Shown here: positions 25,301 to 37,300 of the stretch, in pieces
Layout of the letters: every line of letters starts with the position of its first letter
Position numbering within the stretch: position 1 is the stretch's first letter
Origin: Raillietiella orientalis
Taxonomy: Eukaryota
Direction of reading: 5' to 3'
DNA: 64,000 bases
NCBI GenBank assembly: GCA_036172245.1
Contig: JAYWIR010000066.1
Location: 124,001-188,000, forward strand
The notes under the pieces: model-generated
What the model saw: only the letters and a program-made list of their open reading frames with translations
Told to the model about the DNA's origin: nothing
Databases searched by the model: none
Translations under genes and position numbers: made by a program

Positions 25301-28300
25301 CGTGAGTGAGAACCGGGAGCTCCGGGTGGCTTCCGCGGATTCGCGCGCGCTTGCAGTGGAGGCGGCGCGAATATTTACCACATGCGTTGAGTTCTTGCCT
25401 CTTCTTCTTGGCCCAAATGTCGTGAGAATTTTCTGCCAAATGTTCTGCCAAATTTTGCATTTCTCGACTCAGCGTCAAATTGGTCATGTCAATCGGATGA
25501 GGGTGGTAATCTTGAGTGCACAGTATGTTCCCCTATGTATAAAAGAGAGATTTTTGTTGCTGCGTATAGCTGTCCCCTCCTCCGCACTCCCCCCTCCCCC
25601 TTTTTTTTTTTCTTTCTTTCTTTTTTCAGATGTCTTCCAGGCGTTTGAATTAACGGGATACTTTTCCCTGGAAAGGGGATTCTACGTTACCATGGCTTCC
25701 ATCAAGTTCTGCTGAATATCGCTGTCGCTGGGCTCGATGCTCCAGCCCATCGCCAGTATGGCTCTTATGGAATCCCGCACTGGTTCCCTGTATCTTTCCC
25801 GTTCCTGAGATCGGTCGCTGCAAGTGAGGGGGGCAGGAAGCTGGATCACGTGCTCACGTATTCCGAAAGCTTGTCATATGGTTTTATCCTGGGATGAGTG
25901 AGCTTTTCTTCGGAGAATTTCTCCCCCCAGGTCCAGTTGTTCTCCAGCTTCCTGAGAGCCCACGAATCGTGGTAGTACTCGGAGAACTGCTGCACCAACT
26001 CCTTGAGCTCGGAAGACAACTCGATGCTGGAGGATTTCAGCCCCCCTTGGCGCGAAGCAGAAAAAGGGCGGCTCTCAAACTCACTTGCTCACTCTGATCG
26101 GCCGGGGGTCGTACGCGCCCGCCGTGCTCAGGTTGCCGTTGAAGCTGTCTTTCAGCTTGAGGGCGGACGAGTAATCCGGCGGTAGCGCACAGCCGATGGC
26201 GATGAGGCACGGCAGCGCCCGGGAAAATAAGTCCGGGTTGTACTCCTGGGAAGGGAAAAAAGGTTGCCACGGTTACCGCACAGGGCGGGGCCAGCGTCCG
26301 CACCATTTCGGCCAAGGAGTCGAATATGTTCGTAAACAGCAGCATCGTGAGGCGCTTCTCCTCGTCGCTCGCGGAGCCATATCGCCCCTGCCCTCCTGGA
26401 CTCCCGTAGTACCTTGCGCACCTTTCGTAATGCATGGTGAGTATCTAAGAAAAAACGAACAGGATGGAGTTCGATCAACCTCTCATCGCCCTCTGCTAAA
26501 ACGGGGACGTTTCCGCAAACCGATGCAGACTAAAAAGGCTCCCGGGCTGAGGAAGTGGAGGGAAGGGCGGTTTTGGCGGCCTCGGCTTACCCTGAGCGCG
26601 ACCGTTGTGTACTCGTCGAGTCTGGACACGTCGACGGCCAGCTTCCGAAGCAACTTCAGCAGCATGGATGGTTGCATTTCCCTGGGAGGAAGGGAAAACA
26701 CTTTGGAACCTGGCGGAGGACGCCCGATTTCCTGACCTGGTGACCACGATGAGGAAGTCCGAAACCCTTTCCCTCTGAGCTTTCGTTAAGAACTGGCATT
26801 TGGACAGGCGGTACACGGTGTGGACCGCTGCGTCCAGGAGGTTGGCGTAATCGTCAGCGTTGCAATAGAATTTCTGGTACGAGATGAGCAGCGGCAGCAC
26901 AGACTGACCGATGTAGCGATTCTGGGCTAAAGCCATATCGGATTCCGTCTCTTTGCCCTGAAAGCGCAAACATGGAGCGGCTGCTTCCATAGCAACACGG
27001 GGCGGGGCGACCGTGTTCTTCGAGCTCGTCAGTTCCTTCTCATGTGTGTTTGTTTCCCTCCGATGCGAATCTTTCCTCTGCATCAGTTACTTATGGTAAA
27101 GTTAGACTGGGGACGGTCTAGCGCAACCTATTTCTAGCAAAGGGGTCGCGTGTTCACTCCATAAGCGCGCGGCAGGTTACCCACTTTTCTTCAGCTACCC
27201 GAGCTCACGTTTTAGGAAGGCATTCGCGCAGACTTGCAGCGTTGCAGAATGGGCCCGGAAGGGAAAAGGAAGTTCACAAACTCGCTAAACAAATAGGTCC
27301 CTGTCTGCTGCGGGAGATACCTTGTGCATTACCGTACCGACCCTCAGTATACTGTTGATACATATTTACATGTTGATACATATTTACGCATACATGTTGA
27401 TACATATTTACGATAACATTTAAAGAGCGTCTTAAGCTCCGTGGCAGGAGGCTGTTTACTGTCTCACTCTAAAGCAAAGTAAAATGGCCAACTGATTATT
27501 GGATTCATCTAAGAAAAGAGTTGGGATTTGTTGTTGTTGCTGTTGTTTTTTTCTCAATCTAAACAGTTCTGTGATTTGGATCTACCGTTCCTCGCTGCCC
27601 ACGCACACACAAAAAAACGCATCTTGCGTTATTTTACTCACGAAAATTCGCAGTTTCTTGCTGGTCCATTGCCAACACTCTTTGGATCGGGAATTCGGAG
27701 GAGGCCATGCGGTCTCTCAGTTTCCTCTTGGATCGAAGAGAGTGCTCTGTCGAAGACCTCGTAAACCGAGTTTCCAGCTTGATGACCAGTACTTCCAGGG
27801 CTTCGTTTGAAATCTGCAACGGAAGCTGTCTCCATGGTTACGTGGGCTGTTTGAAACAGAGTTGCTCGCTAGTTGTAGAGGTTCCTTCCCCATCCTGTGC
27901 ACTATTAACGGATTCCCTATTGTCCTCCTTGCTCGTGTCGTCAAATTCAGAAGTGGGTTCCTCATCCCTCGGAATGTTTGGATACAGAGAGGATTCGTTA
28001 GCGTTGCATAATTTTCAAAAGTCTTTCTCGAAAGTTCTAGTCTCTTCCTTCCCTGCCGATGAGCTTCCTTCTACATTTTTTACATCGCACCCAGGAATTC
28101 GTTTTCTGGATGCGAAGCGGGCCCTGCCTGGCGCTAAATTCGGTCTCTTGACAGATCCATCGAAAAAGCTCTTTCAAATGATGGCACCTTTCAAGTGCCT
28201 CTCGTATTATCACATCGGAGGCACATTCCCCGGCTTGCAATCCCTTATTTATCCACATCGCTCTCCCGTTCTTGGCACCGAAGTGCCTTTTGTACGGGCA

Positions 28301-31300
28301 GCCAGCCCTATTTGCACCTACTGAAGAAGATTCCAGCTCCATGCCCGCTTTCCCTCACGACCGCAGAAATCCCAACTCTCATCTTCTTTCCATGCATCTT
28401 TCCTTCAATTGTTCGGCTTCTTCCGGGTTCAAATCCCCGGCAGCGCGTTCCAGTTTCGCGGAAAATTCCAGCAACATGCCCATAATGGAAATTCCTTCCC
28501 CCAAAAGTGAATTTGTTTTCAAATGAGTTGTTTGTTTGTTTGTTTTTTCCCCGCAATGTCGGTGGACACGTAAACACACACACATGACTTCTGTCTCAAG
28601 TGAACACATTAGAAAAAAGAAAAAAGAATTCAAATTCCTCCTACTTAAATTGCGTGTTCGTGTTCCCTTCGAAAGCCGACAAGCTGAACACGAAACCACA
28701 AAACTCAAGTTTATCCCTAGCAGATTTGCGGGGGCCGTCCCCATTTTTTCGTCTCGTTACGCGGATCCGCTTTGTACGGAAGTGTCTACTGTACACGAAT
28801 TCCAGCATCAACTGCTGCGCGCCTCTGAACGTAGAAACTCTCCCCAAAGGTAGCGTCCTGTGCGATAGCAGGCCGGTGTCAGTTGTCTGACCGGAAGTTA
28901 CTGGGTCACAGGAAGTCGTTTGCCCATGGATTTTTTCATGGAGTCCTCTCATATGTGAGAATGCACCGGAAAGGAGTGAGCAAGGCTCACAACGAGGGGG
29001 CTCATTGTGTTGTCAATAGTGTCTCTCGGGGCCCCACTAAAAGACTCGGTGGACCGCATGTTACTGGTCCTTGGGCCTCACTGATCTTCAGTGACCCTTC
29101 ATAGCATCTCTTCATCCTCCGCGCTCTAAACATGCGACCCTTGTGGGCGGTAAGCGGGGAGGAAGCTCAGGACTTGTCGGAACTGCCTAAACGTGACTGA
29201 GCTGCTCTGCCTTCATCTTCGAAACCACTTCTCAAGAGCGGATGGGATCCGAGACGGGAAAAATCTGTGTGTCTTTTTTTATTTTTATTTTTTCCTAAGA
29301 AATGAGCTTTTCCAAAGATGTTCTTGCAGCAAGCCCAAGAGTCTCGGAGACTGCAAAGAGCATGAGCTGCAGTGGGCAAAACGAGTTGACCAGGGAGAAG
29401 ATTGGGAAGCACACGGAGGACTTGTGTGCTGCGGGCGATTGAGTAATTAGGAGCAGCCGTGAGCTACCATTCTCCTTTCATTCTGAGAACTTTCTTCGTG
29501 CGGAAAAGAGAAACCCAGGCGTGCTCAAGGTGGGGGGCACTTACCCCATGCCATCGGGAAACCGTACGCGGCGCAGGAAGAAAAAGAGCGGGACTCAGCA
29601 CGAAGAAGAAGGTGCTCGACTCCGCTCGAAAGCAGTCGCACCCTGGCAGTATCGGGGGGCATGCGGACCACTCATCCACGCGCAGGGACTCCTGCTGCCC
29701 GATCGTACGTCCTGCTGGGGAATCCCCGGAACGTGATCTGGAACGCTGCTCAGTTGTTGGGCACTCTTAGTCCTGCCAGCCTGTGCTGCTGCTGCTTGCC
29801 ATGGTCCGGTTGAAGATCGCAAGGCTGCTCAAATGTTGAGGAACAAAGAAGAGAATGGAGGAACGAGGTTAGGGCTAGGCTGGGTTGCGGGCCGCGCGAT
29901 TCCGAATTCTTTGAGTGAGAAGTAGTTCCTGCGCTGTTTCCCGGAATAACCTCCTGAAGGGTATCAATGGCAAAGACCCCTTGCCCGCCCTCCAGTTCGT
30001 CCGCCTGCGTGAAGCACCGATCACACGATAATATAAAGCAGTGCTGTGTGGTTGCCAGGGTTACCCTCTGTAAAGCGTTTTTCCTTTTTTCGCTTTACCA
30101 ATTTATTTCAATAGATGCTGCGGGCCTTTGGACTATGGAAATCCTTTTGGGTTTTTTTCTGCCCTCGCTGTTTTCCCTTCAGCTTTTCTTTTTTTGGTTC
30201 TCCAGGTCCCTGAAGAACCGTCGCGCCCATGGAGCAGCTCTTCAACGCTGTTCCACGCCTCCCGAGAATGCGTGTAGTCCTTCGAGGTAAGGAGTACACC
30301 GGAAGAGAGCCACCCCATGAATCCAGGAAGGGCTCCGGAGAAGGGAGTCCGTTCCTCTCACGCCTGGGGAGGGATTACTGAAGGGAAACTCCACCCTGGT
30401 GACCCTTTCCAAATCCACTCCACTCCGAAGGCAACTCCGAAGAGAAACTCTTTTGTTATTCTCTCCGGAGGGACCTTCGAAGAGGTTCGTTCCATTGTCT
30501 CTTCTCCTAAGGAGAACCCCTAAGGGAACCGCTCCTGTTCATTCCTCTGAAGAGAACCTCGAAGAAACGCTTCCCAACTTTCGCTGAAGGGTCCGCTCTC
30601 CCAAGGGAGCGGCTCACTTCTTGACACCCTGTGGAGAGGCATCATCAATCCATCAGCTCCATCGTACGAAATGGAGGGTCCATCCACGAGGGGGGGCAGG
30701 GACGTCTCCTTTGCACAACCGCACAAGTCCATCCAAAGGGTATCGCACTCCTTGTTTCTTCTTGCTCTGAAGGGAGCCCCGAAGAGGAGCTTCCGAAATT
30801 TCTCTGAAGGGCGCAGCTTCTCCGAAGCGATCGGCTCGCTTCTCTGCACTCTCTGGAGAGGTGGTGGCAACACCTACTCCATCAGTGCGACGCAGAGGGT
30901 CCCCTCGGAATAGGGGGTACGCTCCTTCACATCCGGAGGGAAATTCACATTCCTTGATTCCCGAAAGGACCCAGGAAGTGGACTCCCATTGTCCCGGCCA
31001 CTCATCGGGGGCATCGGGTTTGAGCCGCTACCAGTGCCGTACCCGAATGTTTGTAGCCAACCGGAGTAATCTTGCGGGAGGAACTCGAACTTACGAGCCA
31101 CCCTCCATCTCTTGGCGCCCATTCTTTCCGAGTATTCGAACCCGCGAGCTTGGTGGTGCCATGCGCTGAGACCGCGACCGCGTGGTCTCCGACGCGGGCC
31201 ATAGATGTGGGCGCGCAGCGCAGCTGCTATTGCCCTGCCGAAACACGAGCTTGTTTCTCAAGTTGAGCTTTGAGTGGCGCCCGTGGAAATCATCTTCGGC

Positions 31301-34300
31301 ATTGCCATCGTCTTGATTATTTTCCCAGACATCATCTTCTTCATCTCGCTGTACCCATCCATTCCTCTTCTGCGAATGCTTCAGATTCGTTCACCCTCCT
31401 CCAGCAGGCCGAAATCCACTTTGTACGGCTCCTCTTCTTTATTCGCGGCCATGTGCGATCCGCACGGCACTTCGAAGCCCGAAGCAACCTCTCCGGCAGA
31501 AGGTTGGTTACCTGGTTTCTGACTCTTTGTCTTACCAGTTTCCAAAACTCTTCTGGTGAACTCTTCCAAAACTCTCTTTCTTCTGAAAGTGTCTCGGTCG
31601 AGCTCTGTTGGAGATGAGTAGAAACCACGGTCCTTCGAGACCACCGTCCCAAACTCAGCATCCTTTGCTCGAGAAGGCGAAACCGCGGATTGCAGAAAAC
31701 TCTAGGCGGAAGTGCCTGAACTCCCGAGGGAAAGGGAGTGAGGAGACTGCGGTTCGATGCAGCGACCTGCCTTTGCCTGCTGCGACCTCCGACTCGGGAG
31801 CCCCGGCAGAACGGAGCTGTGGCTCGCGGACTCGACCTTATGCCGTCTGCACGATCCCGAGGGAAGCCAGGTATGGTGCGCATCCCGAAGGCACACTCCC
31901 AGTCTGTCCCTCTTTTCAGCTTGCCTTCATCGATCGCTTTCGCTTCGGGGAGGATGCGAGCACGTTTTCCTACGCATTGAGAAGGATGCTCGTCGGGCAG
32001 GGGATCCGAGATGCGTATCCAAGGAGAACATGAGGGATGACTGAGGGGCCGTAATAGAGAAATGCCGGACCGCCCTGCCTCCAGGCGGTGAGCAGTGGGC
32101 CGCCCCCCTCGTCACAGAGGAATCTCCTCCTTTGGTGAGAACACCAAACGAGGAGTCGCACGCGCCTTCGAGGGTTCCGAGCCAGCTGTTCGCCAGGTAG
32201 CAAAGAACCGCCCGCCTCCTAAGGGGAAGGGGTGGGGGGGTTCACGGAGCTCTTGGACGCCGTCTACGCCACCCGAGGGTGCGTGTCACTCTTCGAGTTA
32301 TCGGAGTCAACCCCGGTGGGATCACCCCGTGAATCCAGGAAGGGATCCGGAGAGAGGAGTCCGGTCCTCCCTTACTCTCCGGAGAGGACTCGAAGGGGAG
32401 CCAATCCCCAGAGGGAACCCGGAAAAGATCCGCTCCAGGAATTTCTTCTCCGGAGGGACCACCTGCTCCTTGTCTGAACTCCGAAGAGAACCCTGGAGGG
32501 ACGATTCTCGGTTCCCCTAGCGAGCGCTGCCGGAAAGGAGCAGCGCCCTCCCGACACTCCGAAGAGGGGAATATCAACCTCCTGAGGGGGGTATCGACCA
32601 TCTCCATGATACTCGATGGAGGGTCCATTCGTACAACCGGAGGGAAAACTCGAAGGACTCCTTGATTCCTGGAAAGACTCCAGAGGGTCGCCTTTCAATC
32701 CCGGCCGGCCGACGCGGGCATCCGAGGTTTTCCACCAGTGCCGCCGCCTCCGAAGGACTTGCGAAAGACTATCGAAATCGCACAGTCGCCGACGCGGGCA
32801 TCTGCGTCCTGCAGTCTGCGGGAGAGGAATTTTGGAGTTGTCTGAGGGAGGGAAGGGGTAATCGGGGAATTCTCCAGCATCTCCGGCGCGGCAGCTGCGG
32901 TTGGGTGGTGGCGCTGCCGGCGCTGAAGGAGGTGCCTGGGTTGCGATGCAGGGAAGACTCTCGGCTCGGCATCCAGAGGGGCGCAGGCTCGTGGATGCAG
33001 CTGTGGAAGGAAGGGAAGGGAGAGGCGGAAGGAGTCCTCTGCAGCTCGGCAGGACGCCATTCACGGAAACCGTGGGTCTCGGCCGCTTGGCAGGACGGCG
33101 CGCGCGACGAGGCTGGCGAGCCGGGAGGGGGCCTTTCGGATTCGCCTTCGCGCCTCCGTGGACTCGGCGTGCGCGTGCGCGCGCCGCGAGGCACTCCGAG
33201 TGCGGCCCGCCTCGCCTCTCCGTGCGCCCGCGTTCTTTGAGCCACCTGCCCCACTGCGGAGGGTGGAGGGAGGGAGGGCTCCTGCTCACATCGGCCCAAG
33301 ACTTCGCGAGTCGCCCGCTGCCGCCTGGCAACGGGCAACCCAACGGGGATGGCAGCGCCCCGAGCGGCGACGGAGATTTTCTTTTTTCTTGTGTGTGTAT
33401 GTTTTTTTTTTCCTTTTCTCGCGCGAAGGGCGGCGGCCGGTAGTGGCGGCAGGAGGGACTCACCGTGTCCAGGATGACGGAGGTCCTCAGGTCCAGCAGG
33501 AACGCCTCTTCGATCAGCCGGAAGAAAAGCTCCCTGCACTCGATCCCGTAAACCCTCTCCAGGAAGAGGCAGGCGGACTGCTTGTGGCAGGGGATCAGGC
33601 CGGGAGGAAGGTCTGTTTTCTCGCTGCCCGACAGGCACTGGAGGTTGAACGGCAGGCTCAGCACCCCCACCAGGTCCTCGAGGGGGACCAGAGAGCGCAG
33701 GATGGCCCGCGCTCTGATGGCGTCGTTCTTACCCTGAGAAGGGAAGAGAAAGGGATGGATAGGGGGGAACGTGGAATGTCGAGAGAACGGATAGGAACTC
33801 ACCTCTTGGATCACCAGCAAGTTGGGCGCGCACCTTCCTAGCAGGTCGACCAGGACGGAGTAGAAGTTGAGGATGGCAGCCCCCGTGTTGATGTAGTCCT
33901 CGTCGTCCTCGCCTCGGGGTCGGACAGAGCTCTTGAAGGCGACCACGGACTCTTCCGCCTCCGCGCTCTCGCTGCACTGGGCGTGGATCCTCTCCGCGAG
34001 CTGAAAGGAGCGGCGCGCTTCAGGGAACGGGCCGACAGGGGCGGAGGGCCGGGGAGGGCCTTCGAGGGGCCGAGGAAGAGCCGAAAATATCCAAGATCCC
34101 GAGGCTGCGGCATCTACCCAGGGGCTCTCCGACGTCCTCGGACGCTTCATCTACACCTTCCTCCCTGCAGCCCGAGGCGACGACGGTCCGCAGAGAAAGC
34201 CAGAGCGGTCTCGGCTTCCGTGCCTCCGGAAGCGCTGCAGTCGGACACGCGCCCGGTCGCAGCGGAAGCTCCCTCGGGCTCCGCCGCTCAGAGCAGCTTC

Positions 34301-37300
34301 ACTTCCGCTTCCAGTCTCCCCTCAGCACTTCCCACCCCGATGAGCGGAGGGCGTTTCTCTTCCCCGCCGCCTCCGTAGCTTGCTCCGAGGGTGTGAAGCT
34401 GAGGGAAAGAGTAGCCCCCGTGGTTCTCCGCGGTCGGTCTCGGCTGGAGCGTTCGACTGCAGCGCCTCCGGCAGCTCCGAAGGAACTCCGGCTTCGCAGG
34501 GTTTGCCGCCGCGGCATTGCAGACGTTATCAGCTGGCAGGCAGGGAGCGTCGGTCCTCTGGAGGGTTCGCGGCCCCTGGGAGAGGGAGGCGGCCCACCAG
34601 GGGAAGCCGAGATCTGCGAGATCCAAGGGCCGCAGCGAGAGCGATCCGGGGTCTCGCCACCGAGGGAGGCGCTTGCTCTTAGAGAGCTGGAAACCCCACC
34701 ATTCGCGGGGAACCCTCTCGACTAGGAGCCACGAGGCCACTTCCTGCGGCGGCGACTCGACAGCTCCCTAGGAGAGGGCGCGCGGTTTCCCGGGGTTATC
34801 TGGTGCGTGCGGGCGCGTCTGAGCGGCGGCGGAGCCTCCGACTTCCCCTCGTAAGAGGTCACTGGTCGCCGCTGCCGTTTGTTTCCCGGAAGCAGGGGCC
34901 CTCCAGTCCGGCACGCCCGTGGGCTTCCTGGAACGTTCCGAAGAGTTCGGGAGAAGCCGCAAAGAGGGGCGTCTTCTCTGGTACCCGCGGGGTGGGCAGC
35001 GCGACAAGCACATGAACGCCGCAAGCAGCCGGCGCCACCTTCAGCTCTTCCTCCCGCGCGGGTCGTCACATTTCCCTCCGGAGCTCTCCCAGGATCGTCC
35101 GGCCATTTGGATCTCCGACGTCCTCACCCCCGAATCCCTGCTCCTGGGTCCGATGCGCTGCGACCCAGCTCCCCTCCCCTTGTCTGGCGTGCGACCCGCT
35201 GGCTAGCCAGCTAGCCAGTGGGCGAGAACCATGAAGAGGAGAACACTGTGGCGGGCGCGCTAGCTGGCGTCCGCCTCCGGATGGCGTTGGTGGGAAAGGC
35301 TCCCTCCCCGCGTCGCCCATCAACCGCGCCGCGAAAGGTGGCGCGCCCATTGCCGTGGACGTCATGGGCAAGATCGACTGGGGGGTCCCTCCAGTGCTGG
35401 AGGCCATCTGCGCTCGCGCGAAGAGCCGTCTGGTCGACGGGCGGAAGGGATGAGAGAGTGGGATACGCCGGGGAAGGGGGGACGCTTCCGATCCTCGCGT
35501 CGGATTGATCGGTTCGGAACAGAAAAAAAAAATTACCCCGTTGGCGTTCTTGATGGCGCTGAGTAGCCCTTCGCCTTCTCCCCTGAGGGCCGGGCCGAGA
35601 CACTCCGGCCGCCTGATGAGCAGGCGGATTACCAGGTTGGCGTTTTCCTCCACGGTCTCCCCGTTGACCCACACGCAGAACCGGAGGAAGTCCAGGTACC
35701 TCTCCCCCTCCACGGGGTCCCAGCCGATGTCCGGATACCCCTTCTCCAGCAGCTCCAGGTTGCTCTGCAGCCCGCACCGGGAGAGGTAGACGGCGATCTT
35801 CTCCAAGTGGTGCTCCCTGAAATGGAACGATCAATCACGAACGACCTTCGGTTTCTCTCCCCCCCTCCTCCCTCTTTCTTTCCGTCTTGCAGAGGAGATT
35901 AACTCGGAGTGACGGGCGCGTGCAACAAGAAGGAAGAGTTGTGGCGGGACTGTGCCGGAGAAAACCGAGCAGGAAATCGTTCCCGGATCCACCCACTCGA
36001 GCATCGGTAACCGGGATGGTTGGACCGATACAGCACAGAGGAAGAAGAAGGGGGGAGTGGAATAGTTTTGGGAGTGGCTGCGCGCCCGGACCTGCAGCTC
36101 GAACCCGGCGATCGAGCGGCGCGTCTGGAGGGGATTTCGTCACCATCCGAGAATGGAAAACGGGAAAGGGGCGAGCGACCTTTCCGTGGTCGTCTCTTCC
36201 CCTTGCCCCTCTTCCGCCTCCTCCGGGAGAGGACGGTGGTGGTGGCGGCTGCTACTGCAAAGAGAGGGAGGCACCCTCTCCACAGCGGCGACAGCGACCC
36301 CTGAGAACAAAGCGACTCGCTCCCGCCTTCGCGCTGCCGGATCTTCGCAGCTGCGGGCAGGCCCGGTGCTCCAGAGGAAGAACCGGAAGCCATGCTCGCA
36401 TTCCGGAGAGGAAGGGATCCGCCGCGTAGAACCGGGGATTCCAGCGGCCCGACGAGGATCGTGCGGGCCGACGTCCAGGATTCCTGGAGAGTGCGGAGGA
36501 ACAGCGCAGTTTCCCGTGCATTTTTTTTTCCCTTTTCCTTCTTCGCTCTCGCTCGCCTTCCCAGCGGATCTTCCGGGAAGCGTCTTGAGTCTGGCATGGA
36601 GGCGGCGCGCTTCGCACGGGCCCTCGAGGCGAGCTCGTCGGCTTTTTCTGCTCCCTCCTTCCAGATGTTCCTTCCTTTAATGCCCGGAGCTGAAGAACCG
36701 CCCGCCTCCTTAGGGGAGGGGGGAGGGGTCACGAACCTCTTGGGAGCTGTTCACCCCGCTGGAGAGTGCGCGTTACTCTTCAGGCTAGGGGGCAACCCCA
36801 GAGAGGTCACCCTATGAATCCGAGAGGACTCCGGACGGAGGAGTCCGTTTCTCGCTTACTCTTCGGAGAGGACCCCCAAGGAAACCTTCGCCCCTGGTTG
36901 CCCTCCGAGGAGTCTCCCGAAGGAAGCCGCTCCTCGTTTCCTCCCCGAGGACAACCCCGAAGGGACGCTTCCCAATTTTCCTGAGGGGCGCTCCCGGAAA
37001 GGAGCAGCGCTCTCCTTGCCTTCTGGAGAGGCGGTCCCCGAGGGGAGCATCAACCACCTCCATGGTAACGGCTCTTTTTTCAAAGCCAGGAGAGAAATCC
37101 CGGAGAATGGACTCTAAAAGGACCCCGGAGCTCACAGATTGACACTGGTTCGAGTGCCGCCGCACCGGAACCAGCTTCATCTTGCGGCAGGGAACTCGGA
37201 ACCCACGTCGCACCCCTCTTCTCTCGGATTCGACCGTCCACCCCGGAAGGGATTCGAACCCGCGACGCCTGGCGCCACGTGCGCGGAGAGACCGCGGCCG

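Noticed and set aside
25533..25690. Micro-exon restoring the phosphorylation loop
   Set aside because: The internal AG is only ~23 nt from the donor and the frame hits TAA.
27353..27411. CRISPR-like array
   Set aside because: Three 17-mers with 1-7 nt gaps in a eukaryotic intron; no spacers and no cas genes.
32372..34150. 592-aa ORF as a standalone gene
   Set aside because: It is RyR exons w23-w24 read through open GC-rich intron sequence.
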